Assembly (NCBI RefSeq): GCF_006345805.1
Contig: NC_043006.1
Location: forward strand, 15,996,001 to 16,060,000
Reading direction: 5' to 3'
DNA: 64,000 nt
From: Octopus sinensis
Taxonomy: Eukaryota
A model generated the notes under the pieces. It was not told the origin of the DNA. It saw only the letters and a list, made by a program, of their open reading frames with translations, and did not search any database. The first letter of the stretch is position 1, and every line of letters starts with the position of its first letter. The position numbers and the translations under genes are program-made. Below, in pieces: positions 62,963-64,000 of this stretch.

Positions 62963-64000
62963 GATACCTACTTATAATGATGGACAAAAGTCTACAGAAA
63001 TGTCTAGCAGGAGCTTTTCTTTCGGGATTAGGTGTTCTTATCAAATTAATTTTCGCTAAACAAACTGTCTCAAATCCTGCAAACAAATAAATGAAAGCAT
63101 TTATCTCTTTATAATATTATAAAGTAATAGGCAACATAATGTTGGTTGGTGGGTGTTGGTTGATTTTTTTTCCTGTCACTCTTTAAATCGTATAGAAAAA
63201 GACAGCAAAATAGAGATATCCTTATCTTTGACTGGTTTTAGTCATAGAACTGCGGCTATGTTGTGGTACCATCATGAAAGGTTTTAGTTGAACGATTCCA
63301 CTCCAGTAACTATTTTTTTCTTTAAAGTTCAGTACTTGTTCTATCAGTGTCTTTTGCCGAACCACTAAGTTACGGGAACATAAACCAAAATATAGCAAGA
63401 GATAAACAATCAGCCACTATTCGATTTTGAAATCATGCCTTTTAAATACATTGTAAGCTATGTCATACATAACACCTTTATATAAAAGGAGGTGACGATA
63501 TCTAAAATGCAGTGTAGAACACAAGGGATTTGGAGCACAGATTTTACCGAGAATTTTGATCAGAGTAGGGTCTAGATAATGTAAATCTTCCAAAAATACA
63601 GAGGGCACAGGAGGTGAGCTTCGGCGAGAGAGGGTGGGTCGTGATTTAATACTAAAGAATTTTTGTAGATATTTATCTCTCATGTTCATTTGAAAGACAC
63701 GTTTTATTTGGGGTGTTTGGATTGCACTGTACATATTTAAGAGAAGACCATCTAACATAGGAAAGCGGATATTGCGAATAGCTTGAAGGAACGCAGGATG
63801 TAACATTTCGCTGCAATACGGCAGCTGTTTTTTTTTTTGATTATTTTTCCGAGGAATGGATTCAATGAACTGATACTTCTATGTTCGGCAATATCACTCG
63901 TATTCTCGTATTCGCTTTAATTTGTTCCCGTTTCATCCTTTTACCCCCGTTACCCTTGTGCTCCTTCTTCATCTTTTCTATGACTTTCTTGGTTATTTCA

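Noticed and set aside
63417-63806. 129-aa minus-strand ORF
   Set aside because: No recognisable domain or splice context

Overview
AT-rich, microsatellite-dense eukaryotic DNA; the SINE families point to an Octopus-like coleoid cephalopod (inference). No host gene exon is supportable and most listed ORFs are microsatellite or SINE read-through. The window is a mosaic of four tRNA-headed SINE families, non-LTR retrotransposon fragments (L1/Tx1 in (GATA)n, R4/Dong in (TAA)n, CR1/L2), Tc1/mariner elements including a nearly intact DD37D copy, a non-autonomous Helitron, and a 5'-truncated Neptune-type Penelope-like element (PLE) with RT and GIY-YIG domains. The main signal is a set of several sequence-distinct small non-coding elements, mostly embedded in (TA)n, that carry type I hammerhead ribozyme motifs (CUGANGA...GAAA...palindromic stem III...GUH) and show tandem and/or fold-back architecture. 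The clearest is a ~490-bp unit at 18974-20737, present as 2.7 head-to-tail copies plus an inverted copy, each with a hammerhead. This suggests a retrozyme-like or circular-RNA family mobilised by PLE machinery. Three families have an unusually long hairpin in stem II. Ribozyme activity, expression and novelty cannot be shown from sequence alone.
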